A stretch of 37,485 nt of DNA from a virus (lineage: Duplodnaviria; Caudoviricetes), in IMG/VR virus record IMGVR_UViG_3300046009_011433, positions 1 through 37,485 of that record, one strand, 5' to 3'. Both the position numbers and the translations under genes were made by a program. Below the pieces are notes generated by a model that did not search any database, had not been told where the DNA came from, and was given only the letters and a program-made list of their open reading frames with translations. Below are positions 17,001 through 25,396 of the stretch, piece after piece (position 1 is the stretch's first letter; each line of letters opens with the position of its first letter).

Positions 17001-17718
17001 TGGTCATCGGGTTGGATTTAGATTGGGGAATACAAATGATTCAGTAATGATTTGGGGTGCACAACTTGAAAATAGTAAAACGGGAACAAATCCAAATGAT
17101 TTGGTTAGAACAGAAAACCCAGACATGTATGGATTCAATCAGGAAACATCGTACATAAAAACAGAATCTACTACTGTAACAAGATCTGCAGATTCATTGG
17201 CATTTGTTGGTGCCACTACTTGGATTGGTGCTACATATGGAACTCTTTTAATTGAAGAAGAAAATATGAACTTTAATTCTGGTGGTCGGTTTACCATATT
17301 TGGATTTACTGCTGCCTCAAGTACAATACCTGGAAATCATTGGATTGGTCCAAGAACTGATTCTTTCTTATATCAATCAGGAGATGGAAGTGTTAACCGT
17401 TCAAATGGTTTTAGTTGGTGTTATAAAAATAGATATCATGCAAGGGATACACAACACAAATGGTTCTTCTCTTGGTCTCCTTATGGTTATAAATGGGGAG
17501 CAAACAGTAGAATAAAAAGTATTGCTCAAAATATAACACCTCTTACAATAATCTCATCTTTTAATTTTCCAAATGAAGGAACTATGGTTCGTGTTAGATA
17601 TTTTGATAAAGTTTTTAGTAACGATATCACCAGACAATTTGCTTTAGGTGGTGTAACACAAATTGGTTGGCTAAACAATGGTGATGGTATAGTTCCACCT
17701 TCTACTGATTATCCATGA
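14014..17718 (+). CDS. large virion-surface protein with AGNSAYFYEMIRH core and C-terminal head-spike/fibre-like domain
   Basis: 1234 aa; C-terminal FSRGGTASY...PRFHYDP...GLLIEAS..N...WGAQLE...TSYIKT...VTRSAD is a recurrent phage fibre module. Confidence 0.8.
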   Translation: MSTGPTPYNPTIDNPVSRTVSTKTYYYDSFGNTLYDVSYQNRLNYIVSSGNTYTAPFFSAGLNGNYFELAARSGITLSDPAYTDIEIMKLLPKEKRAIQPFAYNGSRLWLFAEDATILLGNGMTMFGITGGAFVKPNSYLGFWPDFGISYTSEYVRQVAESMSQQGATLQYIMIDQEGEEVYFKDENGNISSPLVNCVTGGTFYTSGWRGLSSWLDYYLFEGGNTSYNFLGDSAEASTNRIAWLAAWNRYKNKAFEQAFLPELLNYNSDSAVSNYNDWITLPKTTYNSFNYLGEYASPESLENRAISGNAQSPVIYGWFTNGPLVEQLNYDFSQDTPAVSALDPTVIFNRTFSYKNSLLDKFFTSGPWSSFISVVSEMKEAKRNAPNSPITPWIPSVMQAGQYNLNYGSIYKYEAPWLKSNTQMPAVAAHNRWRFRNISSETSGFSGPLSSTGGIRIVSGTTSAVKSLYYVYNGLTSGITYVFSYYVNLGCGYTGFAAGFNNYTKNNYGIPTGITYYQSLPSATGPFYNTGPIYYPPGTSDWTKVEFKFNLPSPDPKNDDIFNPTLEVSVIDESTTSGLTLTMFIADPSFEIESSPSNISVISMTPIVSEQNKIQVSKWSPCGFADVKIGYNPKLALYLTDRAGNSAYFYEMIRHCCLLGTKAFGWFNAFSFIDNSYPGAINIGFAGQDALGAAKQNLTLTNGFTGFLDEYKLLNETLHDVHQKIGGFTLTTAGATDKWNWSLPYFASAAPDTRGQTWWWRITAQNGYTLYVNGMTLPDANGSVGMWFGTTGPTLAGVSITSTQPIPPSEPTGITAVRDFNFLQMNSLADLTGNSLSFSRGGTASYIGPSGYLLFAGSNVPRFHYDPVTLTKRGLLIEASVANQLNWSESFASTGGIQNNWIYTNLVGVSGNTSPSLDLSAIRFTATGANATLISSSAVGNTTNPKILSFWCKGITGTESLSYTVDGGTLWNSVSKLSGSWNRVYFGPIFNGNCYFGHRVGFRLGNTNDSVMIWGAQLENSKTGTNPNDLVRTENPDMYGFNQETSYIKTESTTVTRSADSLAFVGATTWIGATYGTLLIEEENMNFNSGGRFTIFGFTAASSTIPGNHWIGPRTDSFLYQSGDGSVNRSNGFSWCYKNRYHARDTQHKWFFSWSPYGYKWGANSRIKSIAQNITPLTIISSFNFPNEGTMVRVRYFDKVFSNDITRQFALGGVTQIGWLNNGDGIVPPSTDYP

Positions 17719-17726
17719 TTTAAATT

Positions 17727-17733
17727 CTAAATA
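17727..17733 (+). promoter_or_regulatory. late promoter CTAAATA
   Basis: 7 nt before ATG 17741. Confidence 0.65.
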
Positions 17734-17740
17734 ACTTAGA

Positions 17741-20700
17741 ATGTCCTCTATAATATTTGAAGGCAACACCTACACTTTTGGAGCCACAGTCTCGGCAAAT
17801 TCGGGAACTGGGACAACTTCATATATCTTCACATCTCTAACACCCGGAAGTACATATGGATTCATAATATGGGCCTTTAATGGATTTGGATCTTCATCTA
17901 TTACAGGCCCGGTTACAAAAATAACTCTTTCAGATGAAACAAGACCAGTAATTTATATATTTTCAGAATATTGGCCCTCCACTTATGTTACTGGTGGTTC
18001 AGAAATTATTTATTCAAATTACAGCACCGAATCTTTAACAAATTTATTAATGCCTAGTCAGGCACCAATAAAATTAATTTATGATACAATTTGGGACCAA
18101 GTAAATAATTCAAGTCTTTTTGTTTCTAAGGGAATTACGAGTCCAATAGGAGATACAACCGCGTCATTACAATGGTTAAAGCCATTTACTACTGGTGTTT
18201 CCTTTCCACAAACTCTTACTGGTAGTGACACAAAAGGATATGCCAAAACACGAATTGGAGTAACTTCTGGTTCAACTTATACATTTTCATTTTACTTAAA
18301 TTATGATTTGGGTTCTGCGCCTTTAATTCTTGGTAATTGTGCTGGATGGACCAATTCTAATCATATAAAAATGGATTGGCGTGGGGCGACATCTCCAACA
18401 GCCTTTTTCGGGACAAGTATAGCAACTACACAAATCCTTCCTGTTTCTACAAATAATTCAGGATTGTCTTTAGGTGTTGGACTAACCTCTTGGCAAAGAC
18501 TAGCATATAATCTTTATTTTCCACCGGGAATCAGTTATGCGCTTGGATATTTTTTATTAAGTGATTCTAGCGCCAGTTCTCAAATAAAAGCAACTGGTCA
18601 TACTTTTGCAATATGGGGTTTACAATTAGAAATTGGAACTGGACCATCTACTTATAGTCCAAATATTTTAGATTCATATAACTATGAAACTACTCAATCC
18701 CATGATAATTTATTTTGGAATTTCACTCCTCAACAAGGCATGACTTATATTTGGCCGCAAGTATTAACGCAAGTATATAAATTTGATGGTTCTAGGCCAA
18801 CCAAAGATAATGCTGTAGAACTTGGTGGTGTTTTTTGGAATAATTATGATATAAATCAAGATCAGGTAATGTCTAATAATGTTAAATTATTAAAAGGTTT
18901 ACCCTCTAATAGAAAATCAATTCGTCCTTATGGTTATGATATATTTCCTTTTGATTCTTTTGTAGAGGATCGTTTGGGTACTGGCACAACAGGAATGAAA
19001 GGAACATGGAAATTTTATTCAAATAATTTTTCACTTACTGGCACAACTGGATATTATCCAAGTTTATGGCCTGTTGCTGGAATAAGTGCAGGATTATCTG
19101 CGTTTACTCAATTTTTTAGTTATCTTGGAAATACATTATCAGAATTAAATTATATTCTTTCAGATAGAGAAGGTGTAGTATTTGATTTCTTGCCTGTTGC
19201 ACCTTCTAATAATTTTGCAGTTGATCCAATTCATTTTCAAAATACAATAAAGTCTGATGCAAGATATTATCAATCTTGGTATGGGTTGTCTGCTATATCA
19301 GAAATGATTATTGAGAGTGGGATAACATTAGATTCCAACTTTACTGATTTATATTTTAGTAAAGTGGGATATGCTTGGCAAGCAATATCACATTCTTATG
19401 CAGCAAGAGCAGCAAATCAATTTTTAAAACCATCGTTGCAACAATATTATCCAAATGCATATTTTGCTGATTATGGTGAATTTTATAGTGATAAAAATTA
19501 TTTTGATGGACCGGGTACTGGACCATCTTTCTTGAGAAGAGAACCTGTAACCAATTCATCGGCACCAGTTTTATACGCTACAAATTCAGTAAATGGAATA
19601 AGTTTATGGGCTATAGATACAAGATATACTGATGAATATCAAAGATATATTCTAGATCCTGCCCAGACTAATAAATTATTAATTAGTGAAAATTATGATA
19701 TCACACCACCATGGTACAAAGGTGATGCAACTGGAATCACTACATTTAGATCTGGAACATCATTGCTTAATAAAGGAATTCAAGATCCTTTGGATACTTT
19801 TAGGTCTTATAATTTAATTGATGGTGCAACTACTAATTCATCTAGTATGTTGGACCATTATATTTCATATGATACTGGCTATGTAGGTAACAATTACAAT
19901 ATAGCTGGAAGTACATCACATACTTTATCGACTTATTTTAAATCTGGATTGACAAATGGTGCAACATGGGGTGTGATGACTTGGGTTCATGGTGGTGGTT
20001 CCAGACTTTTTGCTGGTACTGTTGTATTTGATATTAAAGGTGGAACGGTTGCTAATTCAAAAGTTGGTTTTAATCTTTCTGGGGGTTCTTATTCTTGGGG
20101 AATTACTTTAGCTGGAAACAGTTGGTATCGTTGTTGGATGAATATTCAAGGTTACACCGCATCATCTTATGAATTGAGTTTATACCTCGGGCATTCAAAT
20201 ACAGCATCACCAACGTATGAAACAACAGGAGCAGCATATCAAAGAGTAATGTATGGAAATTCGGGTGGAAGAGAATTATATATTTGGGGTTCTCAATTAG
20301 AAACTGGTGTTACAGAACCTACTGAATATTCAGCAAGAGGTGGATCTTTTTCAACTGATGCTTCTATAAATTTACCAAATGATGGTTGGCTTGCCTTTAG
20401 TACGGAGATTCAAAATTTAAGAGGAATAAAAAGAGCCAGTCCAACAACACCAATTATTCCTTGGATAGGAAATGTTTCTTGGCCCGGTGATAATTTAGTT
20501 GGACAAACTGTTACCAGACCCAATATTGGTTGGTCAGACACAAAACAAGGTTATAATCCAAAACAAGGATGTACATTTACAATCGCTGGTGGAAATTCTG
20601 CTTATTATTATGAATTTATAAGACATTTATTATTACACGGTATCCCATCAATTTCATTATGGCCCGGAACGGTATTTTCATATGAAAATTTAAGTAATCA

Positions 20701-21022
20701 AAGTTATTTTGATGCTGGATATACTACCTATATTCAAGAATATAAAGATTTAGATAGTGTCATTCATGATGTCAATGATAAAATTAAAGGATTCACATTA
20801 ACAACCGCAGAGACTTCAAGAATTGATTATTTGGCAAAATATGTTGCATCTGGTGCACCCGGACCAAAGGGTATAACTTGGTGGTGGAGAATCACTGTAG
20901 GAGTAAGTGGAAGCAGAGTTTTAGTAAATGGTATTACTTTAGATAGTTTAAATGGACCTTATGGAACTTGGATTTCCACCACAGGACCAACTTTGGCTCA
21001 TGTGCCGATAACAATTTTGTAA
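17741..21022 (+). CDS. large virion-surface protein: half FN3, two lectin-like modules, AGGNSAYYYEFIRH core
   Basis: 1093 aa; begins GNTYTFGATV...LTPGSTYGFIIWAFN; contains WGLQLE and WGSQLE modules. Confidence 0.8.
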   Translation: MSSIIFEGNTYTFGATVSANSGTGTTSYIFTSLTPGSTYGFIIWAFNGFGSSSITGPVTKITLSDETRPVIYIFSEYWPSTYVTGGSEIIYSNYSTESLTNLLMPSQAPIKLIYDTIWDQVNNSSLFVSKGITSPIGDTTASLQWLKPFTTGVSFPQTLTGSDTKGYAKTRIGVTSGSTYTFSFYLNYDLGSAPLILGNCAGWTNSNHIKMDWRGATSPTAFFGTSIATTQILPVSTNNSGLSLGVGLTSWQRLAYNLYFPPGISYALGYFLLSDSSASSQIKATGHTFAIWGLQLEIGTGPSTYSPNILDSYNYETTQSHDNLFWNFTPQQGMTYIWPQVLTQVYKFDGSRPTKDNAVELGGVFWNNYDINQDQVMSNNVKLLKGLPSNRKSIRPYGYDIFPFDSFVEDRLGTGTTGMKGTWKFYSNNFSLTGTTGYYPSLWPVAGISAGLSAFTQFFSYLGNTLSELNYILSDREGVVFDFLPVAPSNNFAVDPIHFQNTIKSDARYYQSWYGLSAISEMIIESGITLDSNFTDLYFSKVGYAWQAISHSYAARAANQFLKPSLQQYYPNAYFADYGEFYSDKNYFDGPGTGPSFLRREPVTNSSAPVLYATNSVNGISLWAIDTRYTDEYQRYILDPAQTNKLLISENYDITPPWYKGDATGITTFRSGTSLLNKGIQDPLDTFRSYNLIDGATTNSSSMLDHYISYDTGYVGNNYNIAGSTSHTLSTYFKSGLTNGATWGVMTWVHGGGSRLFAGTVVFDIKGGTVANSKVGFNLSGGSYSWGITLAGNSWYRCWMNIQGYTASSYELSLYLGHSNTASPTYETTGAAYQRVMYGNSGGRELYIWGSQLETGVTEPTEYSARGGSFSTDASINLPNDGWLAFSTEIQNLRGIKRASPTTPIIPWIGNVSWPGDNLVGQTVTRPNIGWSDTKQGYNPKQGCTFTIAGGNSAYYYEFIRHLLLHGIPSISLWPGTVFSYENLSNQSYFDAGYTTYIQEYKDLDSVIHDVNDKIKGFTLTTAETSRIDYLAKYVASGAPGPKGITWWWRITVGVSGSRVLVNGITLDSLNGPYGTWISTTGPTLAHVPITIL

Positions 21023-21033
21023 TAAATATCTTC

Positions 21034-21885
21034 ATGATCGTCAAAAGAGGAAATAAGTTCGTTGTAATGGATTCCGAAGGAGAAAAAGTCCTTGGAACCC
21101 ATGAAACCAAACAACAAGCAGATAAGCAACTGACTGCTATTCATATTTCTCAAAAGAAAAGAAAATCACTCAAAGAGTTTCTTGAAGAGACTTCTCAACT
21201 CACTCTTCAATATCACGACCAACTGAATCCAAATCTTTGGGAAAACAACAAACTAAAGGAAGAAGTAAAAAATAAACTTCTTCAAATAGCCGATGTATGG
21301 GCAAAGTTTGCAAAGATTCCTTCAGAAGCCATAGAGGATGTATTGGTTGTTGGAGGAAATGCAAACTTCAACTACACACCATATTCTGACATAGACCTCC
21401 ATGTTCTTGTAGACAAGTCAAAGATTGCAGACTGCCCAGAAATACTTGATGAATACCTCAAAGACAAGAAGCAACTATGGGCACATTCACACGACATAAA
21501 GATCTACACCCATGATGTTGAGATCTATGCTCAAGACATCTCAGAGCAAGTTCCAGCCAACCAAGGTTCCTACAGCCTCACACAGAACGAATGGCTCAAG
21601 GAACCCAAACAAGAAGAAGTAAATTTGGAAGATCCTGAAATTTCATTGAAAGTAAATGAACTTATTCATAAAATTGAGGGTATGATTTCTTCCAAAGCAA
21701 GTGACGAATCTTTCACAAAATTGAAGGAAAAGTTCCGTACAATGAGATCTGCGGGCCTAAAGAAAGCAGGAGAATTTTCAGTTGAAAATTTGGTATTCAA
21801 GGAACTTCGAAATCGTGGATACTTGGATAAAGTGAATGATTACATTCTCAGCACACAAGACGAAAATCTAAGCCTTAAAAATTAA
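21034..21885 (+). CDS. phage nucleotidyltransferase (pol-beta-like fold)
   Basis: GGNANFNY...SDIDLHV...VEIY motif (G[GS]..DxD..E). Start revised to ATG 21034, 5 nt after ATAAATA. Confidence 0.75.
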   Translation: MIVKRGNKFVVMDSEGEKVLGTHETKQQADKQLTAIHISQKKRKSLKEFLEETSQLTLQYHDQLNPNLWENNKLKEEVKNKLLQIADVWAKFAKIPSEAIEDVLVVGGNANFNYTPYSDIDLHVLVDKSKIADCPEILDEYLKDKKQLWAHSHDIKIYTHDVEIYAQDISEQVPANQGSYSLTQNEWLKEPKQEEVNLEDPEISLKVNELIHKIEGMISSKASDESFTKLKEKFRTMRSAGLKKAGEFSVENLVFKELRNRGYLDKVNDYILSTQDENLSLKN

Positions 21886-21896
21886 TAAATAATATT

Positions 21897-22655
21897 ATGA
21901 GCGACTTAAACAGAGATCTAATCGAACAACTACTTCAACGCATCGACCTTCTTGAGAAGGAAATGAAGCATCACAAGAAGAAGAAAATGGCCAATAAGGA
22001 TTATGACAAGGACGGAAAGGTAGAGTCTTCAGAGGACGAATACCTAGGTTCAAGAGATCGTGCCATCAAGAAGGCCAAGGGAGAGAAGATTGAAGAAGCT
22101 CTTGACAGAATCGGTGGAAATGTAAACAACAACAGCCCAAGCATTCGCTCCTTGGCAAGCAAGATTGAAAAATCAGATTTGGTTGAAAAGGTATTGAATA
22201 AACTAGAAGAAATGAATCCCATGAACAAAAAGTCATTCAGAGATCAAGGCACCCGAGTTCAACTTTCTGAAAATTTGATATTTGGTGGATTTCCACGCAC
22301 CAAGTTAAATGAAGCTCAATATATTATTCCAGCAAATTCAAAAGAAAGAGCAGAAAACGAAGATAACCCAGCAACAGTTGGCATGGATGAGATGTATAAA
22401 CTCTTATCTGGTCCTAGCCATCCTTTAATGGCTGGTCAAGATAAAGGTGGACCAAGAGGTGTTCCAGATGAAATCAGACAAGAAGCTTTACGACATTTAG
22501 AAACTTTACAAAAACATCCAAAAGGCAAAGTGGAAGGTTATGGACCAGAACACCAATTTTATAAAGAAGCAAAAGCAGCACATGAATTCTTTAAAACTCA
22601 TTTCCCAGCCTTTGGCGTAGAAGAACAAATTGCTAGTGAATATAACTTAGGCTAA
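21897..22655 (+). CDS. late hypothetical protein with DYDKDGKVES EF-hand-like loop and GGFPR motif
   Basis: 252 aa; ATAAATA 5 nt upstream. Confidence 0.7.
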   Translation: MSDLNRDLIEQLLQRIDLLEKEMKHHKKKKMANKDYDKDGKVESSEDEYLGSRDRAIKKAKGEKIEEALDRIGGNVNNNSPSIRSLASKIEKSDLVEKVLNKLEEMNPMNKKSFRDQGTRVQLSENLIFGGFPRTKLNEAQYIIPANSKERAENEDNPATVGMDEMYKLLSGPSHPLMAGQDKGGPRGVPDEIRQEALRHLETLQKHPKGKVEGYGPEHQFYKEAKAAHEFFKTHFPAFGVEEQIASEYNLG

Positions 22656-22663
22656 TTATTATT

Positions 22664-22993
22664 ATGGACCCTTACATCAAGCATCTCAACGAACTCGTCT
22701 ACACCGTTCAAGCCCTAACAGAGGAACTTGAAATCGCCTATGACATCATTGACAATCTCTTTGAAGACGAGGACTTTGACCTGAATGAAGAAGTTCTTCT
22801 TGAGAAGAAGAAGTGGATTCAAGCAGCCATTGAGAAGGAAGGATCACTCCGCAAAACTCTCAAGACCAAGGAAGGGAAGAACATTTCCACATCGAAGCTT
22901 GAGAAAGCTGCAGAGAAGAGTGGCAAGACAGGCAAGAGAGCCAGACTTGCACTCACCCTTCGCAAGTTGTCTAAGAAGAAAAAGAAAGACTAA
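22664..22993 (+). CDS. small protein: acidic leader, LLE, basic KKWIQAAI...GKRARLALTL domain
   Basis: 109 aa; the basic domain is recalled from phage hypothetical proteins. Confidence 0.7.
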   Translation: MDPYIKHLNELVYTVQALTEELEIAYDIIDNLFEDEDFDLNEEVLLEKKKWIQAAIEKEGSLRKTLKTKEGKNISTSKLEKAAEKSGKTGKRARLALTLRKLSKKKKKD

Positions 22994-23020
22994 TACCCTA
23001 GGAAGAGTATTCTTAGGCCG

Positions 23021-23052
23021 ACAACCCCGTGAAGTGCGGGGTTGTTTCTTTT
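23021..23052 (+). terminator. intrinsic terminator between convergent units
   Basis: acaaccccgt-gaagt-gcggggttgt hairpin followed by ttcttt. Confidence 0.75.
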
Positions 23053-23371
23053 AGCAATCTGAGTGACGATAATAATCCATAATTTCAACATGATCTTCAA
23101 GATCATGGAATCTCTTCATCACTTGCATCTTGATATCGTATGCACGGGCTGAGATGTCAAGATATTCTTTCTTGTCATAGTACTTGTCTGGAAACTTGGC
23201 AATGATCTTGCCAATCTCTTCACAAGCATTTGCATACTCGTTCAGAAGAATTTTGACAGGCATGAAACTAATTCTTTCTTGGAATTGTTTTTCATCCATG
23301 TCAATGAAGAATGGTGCGATCTTCCAAGGAATTGTTTTTGTGACGATTTTTTTAATTTTCTTTTTTGCCAT
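23051..23371 (-). CDS. hypothetical protein
   Basis: Start revised to MAKKKIKK, 2 nt after the GroES-like stop. Confidence 0.65.
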   Translation of the reverse strand: MAKKKIKKIVTKTIPWKIAPFFIDMDEKQFQERISFMPVKILLNEYANACEEIGKIIAKFPDKYYDKKEYLDISARAYDIKMQVMKRFHDLEDHVEIMDYYRHSDC

Positions 23372-23373
23372 AA

Positions 23374-23640
23374 TTATCTCTCTACGAATGAAACCCAATC
23401 TTGATGAACTACATGGTTACCAGCGTAACCATCCTTGATCTTGCTGACATCCCACCAGATTACATCGCCAACCTGAATGTCTTCGGTGAGTTTATTACCG
23501 ATTGACTCTACCTTTGCAGGAATGATTTTTGAGGATGACTTCTCGTTGTATATGATCCCTGCTGTAGTGGTCTTTTGACCACCAATCAAAGATTTTGCGA
23601 GTATCCATTTGCCTACTGGTTTCATTTGTTTGTCTTTCAT
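23374..23640 (-). CDS. groES: GroES/Cpn10-like co-chaperonin
   Basis: MKPVGKWIL...KTTTAGII...AKVESIG...IQVGDVI matches the Cpn10 pattern. Confidence 0.75.
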   Translation of the reverse strand: MKDKQMKPVGKWILAKSLIGGQKTTTAGIIYNEKSSSKIIPAKVESIGNKLTEDIQVGDVIWWDVSKIKDGYAGNHVVHQDWVSFVER

Positions 23641-24338
23641 ATTTGAATTCCTAAAACTTTACATCGTTTTCTTATAGCATTATCTGAAACATTAAAAAGT
23701 TTTCCAATTTGTGTAAATGGTTTATTTTTTACTAATGTTTCTAATTCTTCTTTTGTTACTTCAAATTTTTTATTTCTAATACTTGAAGAACATTTTTTAC
23801 ATAGTTTTGATTTATGATGAATACGACAATTACAAGACGGACATAGATTATATTTTTTAAATTTTTTCCCAGCGTAAGTATCGGTTTGTGAATGGCAATT
23901 TGGACACAAAAATCTTAAATTGTTTATACGATTATCAGTACCATCTCCATTTATGTGATCTAAATGAAGAGATAAAGTTTTTCCATTCCATTCATTATGT
24001 AAATTACATAAAGCACATTTTTGTTCTATTAATTTATCGATCAAAATTCTTTTTCTTATTGAATTTCTTGTAAATATTGAATTTTGACAAAACATTTGAT
24101 CAAAGGGAGTTCTTGTTTTTGTAATCCATGTTTTATTTTTATTTGCACCAATTCCCAATTGAATATGACTAAAATCTATATTATCAGCTTCCAGTCTAGA
24201 TTTTAATGTTTTATAGTTTCCACCCTTATTAGATAAACCAAAATGTAATAGTATACAAGAAACAGTTGAACAATTTTTTACAATATTTTCTAAACTATCT
24301 TTTGATATTTTCCATATTGGAGAATGTTTTTTCTTCAT
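23637..24338 (-). CDS. HNH endonuclease (free-standing, homing-like)
   Basis: CALC...LHLDHINGDGTDNRINNLRFLCPNCHSQTDT motif with C-terminal zinc finger and HTH; very AT-rich. Confidence 0.9.
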   Translation of the reverse strand: MKKKHSPIWKISKDSLENIVKNCSTVSCILLHFGLSNKGGNYKTLKSRLEADNIDFSHIQLGIGANKNKTWITKTRTPFDQMFCQNSIFTRNSIRKRILIDKLIEQKCALCNLHNEWNGKTLSLHLDHINGDGTDNRINNLRFLCPNCHSQTDTYAGKKFKKYNLCPSCNCRIHHKSKLCKKCSSSIRNKKFEVTKEELETLVKNKPFTQIGKLFNVSDNAIRKRCKVLGIQI

Positions 24339-24343
24339 GTATA

Positions 24344-24350
24344 TATTTAG
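24344..24350 (-). promoter_or_regulatory. late promoter CTAAATA for the HNH gene
   Basis: 5 nt before ATG 24338 on the minus strand. Confidence 0.6.
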
Positions 24351-24387
24351 GTAACATAAAGTTTTGACGGTGAGAAATACTACTAAA

Positions 24388-24458
24388 TTCCCTTGAAACG
24401 ATTCGAACGTTTACACTTAGAATCAAAGTCTAATAGGCTACCGTTACCTCACAAGGGA
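24388..24458 (-). tRNA. tRNA-Gln(TTG)
   Basis: TCCCTTG/CAAGGGA acceptor, TTAGA-CTTTGAT-TCTAA anticodon arm, AAACG-TTCGAAT-CGTTT T-arm. Confidence 0.85.
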
Positions 24459-25004
24459 GTGAACCTTGGCACAATAATTGTTCATTATGATGCCAGAGGC
24501 AGTACCAACATTGATACTTCTTACAGAACCATACTGAGGAATGTAAAGAAGATCATCACACATATCTAGAACATTTGCAGGAACTCCAATTTGCTCCTGC
24601 CCAAAGATCATAATATAATGCACATTTGGGTCAAAGTCAAATGCATTTATGTCTTTTGCTTCACAAACATTATCAATTCCCAATAGTTTAACCTTGCCTT
24701 CATACTGGGAAACAATTTCTTCAATGTAGGAGCCGAGATTGTCAATGCTTTTGACATGACGGAAGTTTGTGTAGTGATGAGTACCGACAGTCCCTCGCCT
24801 ATCGTATTTCTTATTCCCATAGATTACTACTTCTTTCGCCAGAAACGCATTAGCATTCCGTATAATGGTTGCAATATTAAAATCGTTACCAATGTTGCAG
24901 CAGATAACAGAAAAGTTATGGCGCTTAGTCTCAAGATCAGCTCTGATCGCGTCATCTGTCCAATATTTATAGTGATCAATAAGGTTGCGGGTTTCCATAT
25001 TCAT
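24444..25004 (-). CDS. TrmH/SpoU-family RNA 2'-O-methyltransferase
   Basis: NIATIIRNANAF, IFGQEQIGV and IPQYGSVRSINVGTASGI SPOUT motifs. Confidence 0.9.
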   Translation of the reverse strand: MNMETRNLIDHYKYWTDDAIRADLETKRHNFSVICCNIGNDFNIATIIRNANAFLAKEVVIYGNKKYDRRGTVGTHHYTNFRHVKSIDNLGSYIEEIVSQYEGKVKLLGIDNVCEAKDINAFDFDPNVHYIMIFGQEQIGVPANVLDMCDDLLYIPQYGSVRSINVGTASGIIMNNYCAKVHSLVR

Positions 25005-25396
25005 CCAATATTTCCATACCCCATACCACGAACAAAGAAATGCTCTTCGTGGCGATTAAAACCAAAGCATTCTCTTGCATAATCAAGAACAATCATCTTG
25101 TCAAATTTATTGCAGGAGTATACATCAAGAGTAATGAAACGGCTTGGTTCGATTGAATGGATTTGAATACCACTTTCAATCAGAGGAACCCAAGCACTGA
25201 CACCCAATTTATCAGGATAAAGTTCTTTTCCATCTTTTGTAGGGCCGTGAATGACAATAGGCTGACTCATGCGGGTCATACCGATCTTATCAACAACTCG
25301 TTCAAGAAAGCGGTAGTGTAGTTCTAGATCATCTGCTGCACCAACACGACAATTATACATATCCAAATAATAGGAATATCCGAATGGCTTACTCAT
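25001..25396 (-). CDS. speD: S-adenosylmethionine decarboxylase-like proenzyme
   Basis: GVSAWVPLIESGIQIHS...ITLDVYSC; the ES self-cleavage site is present. Confidence 0.8.
   Translation of the reverse strand: MSKPFGYSYYLDMYNCRVGAADDLELHYRFLERVVDKIGMTRMSQPIVIHGPTKDGKELYPDKLGVSAWVPLIESGIQIHSIEPSRFITLDVYSCNKFDKMIVLDYARECFGFNRHEEHFFVRGMGYGNIG

Noticed and set aside
6446-21022. FN3 genes as pseudogenes or frameshift sequencing errors
   Set aside because: The break recurs at the same structural position. Second halves have a conserved N-terminal motif and their own ATG, and two have no adjacent first half.
7032-21022. Diversity-generating retroelement acting on the paralogs
   Set aside because: No reverse transcriptase, and no near-identical repeat pair differing at adenines was seen.
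23637-24338. Group I intron around the HNH gene
   Set aside because: Flanking tRNA-Gln and groES look intact, and there is no room for a ribozyme core.
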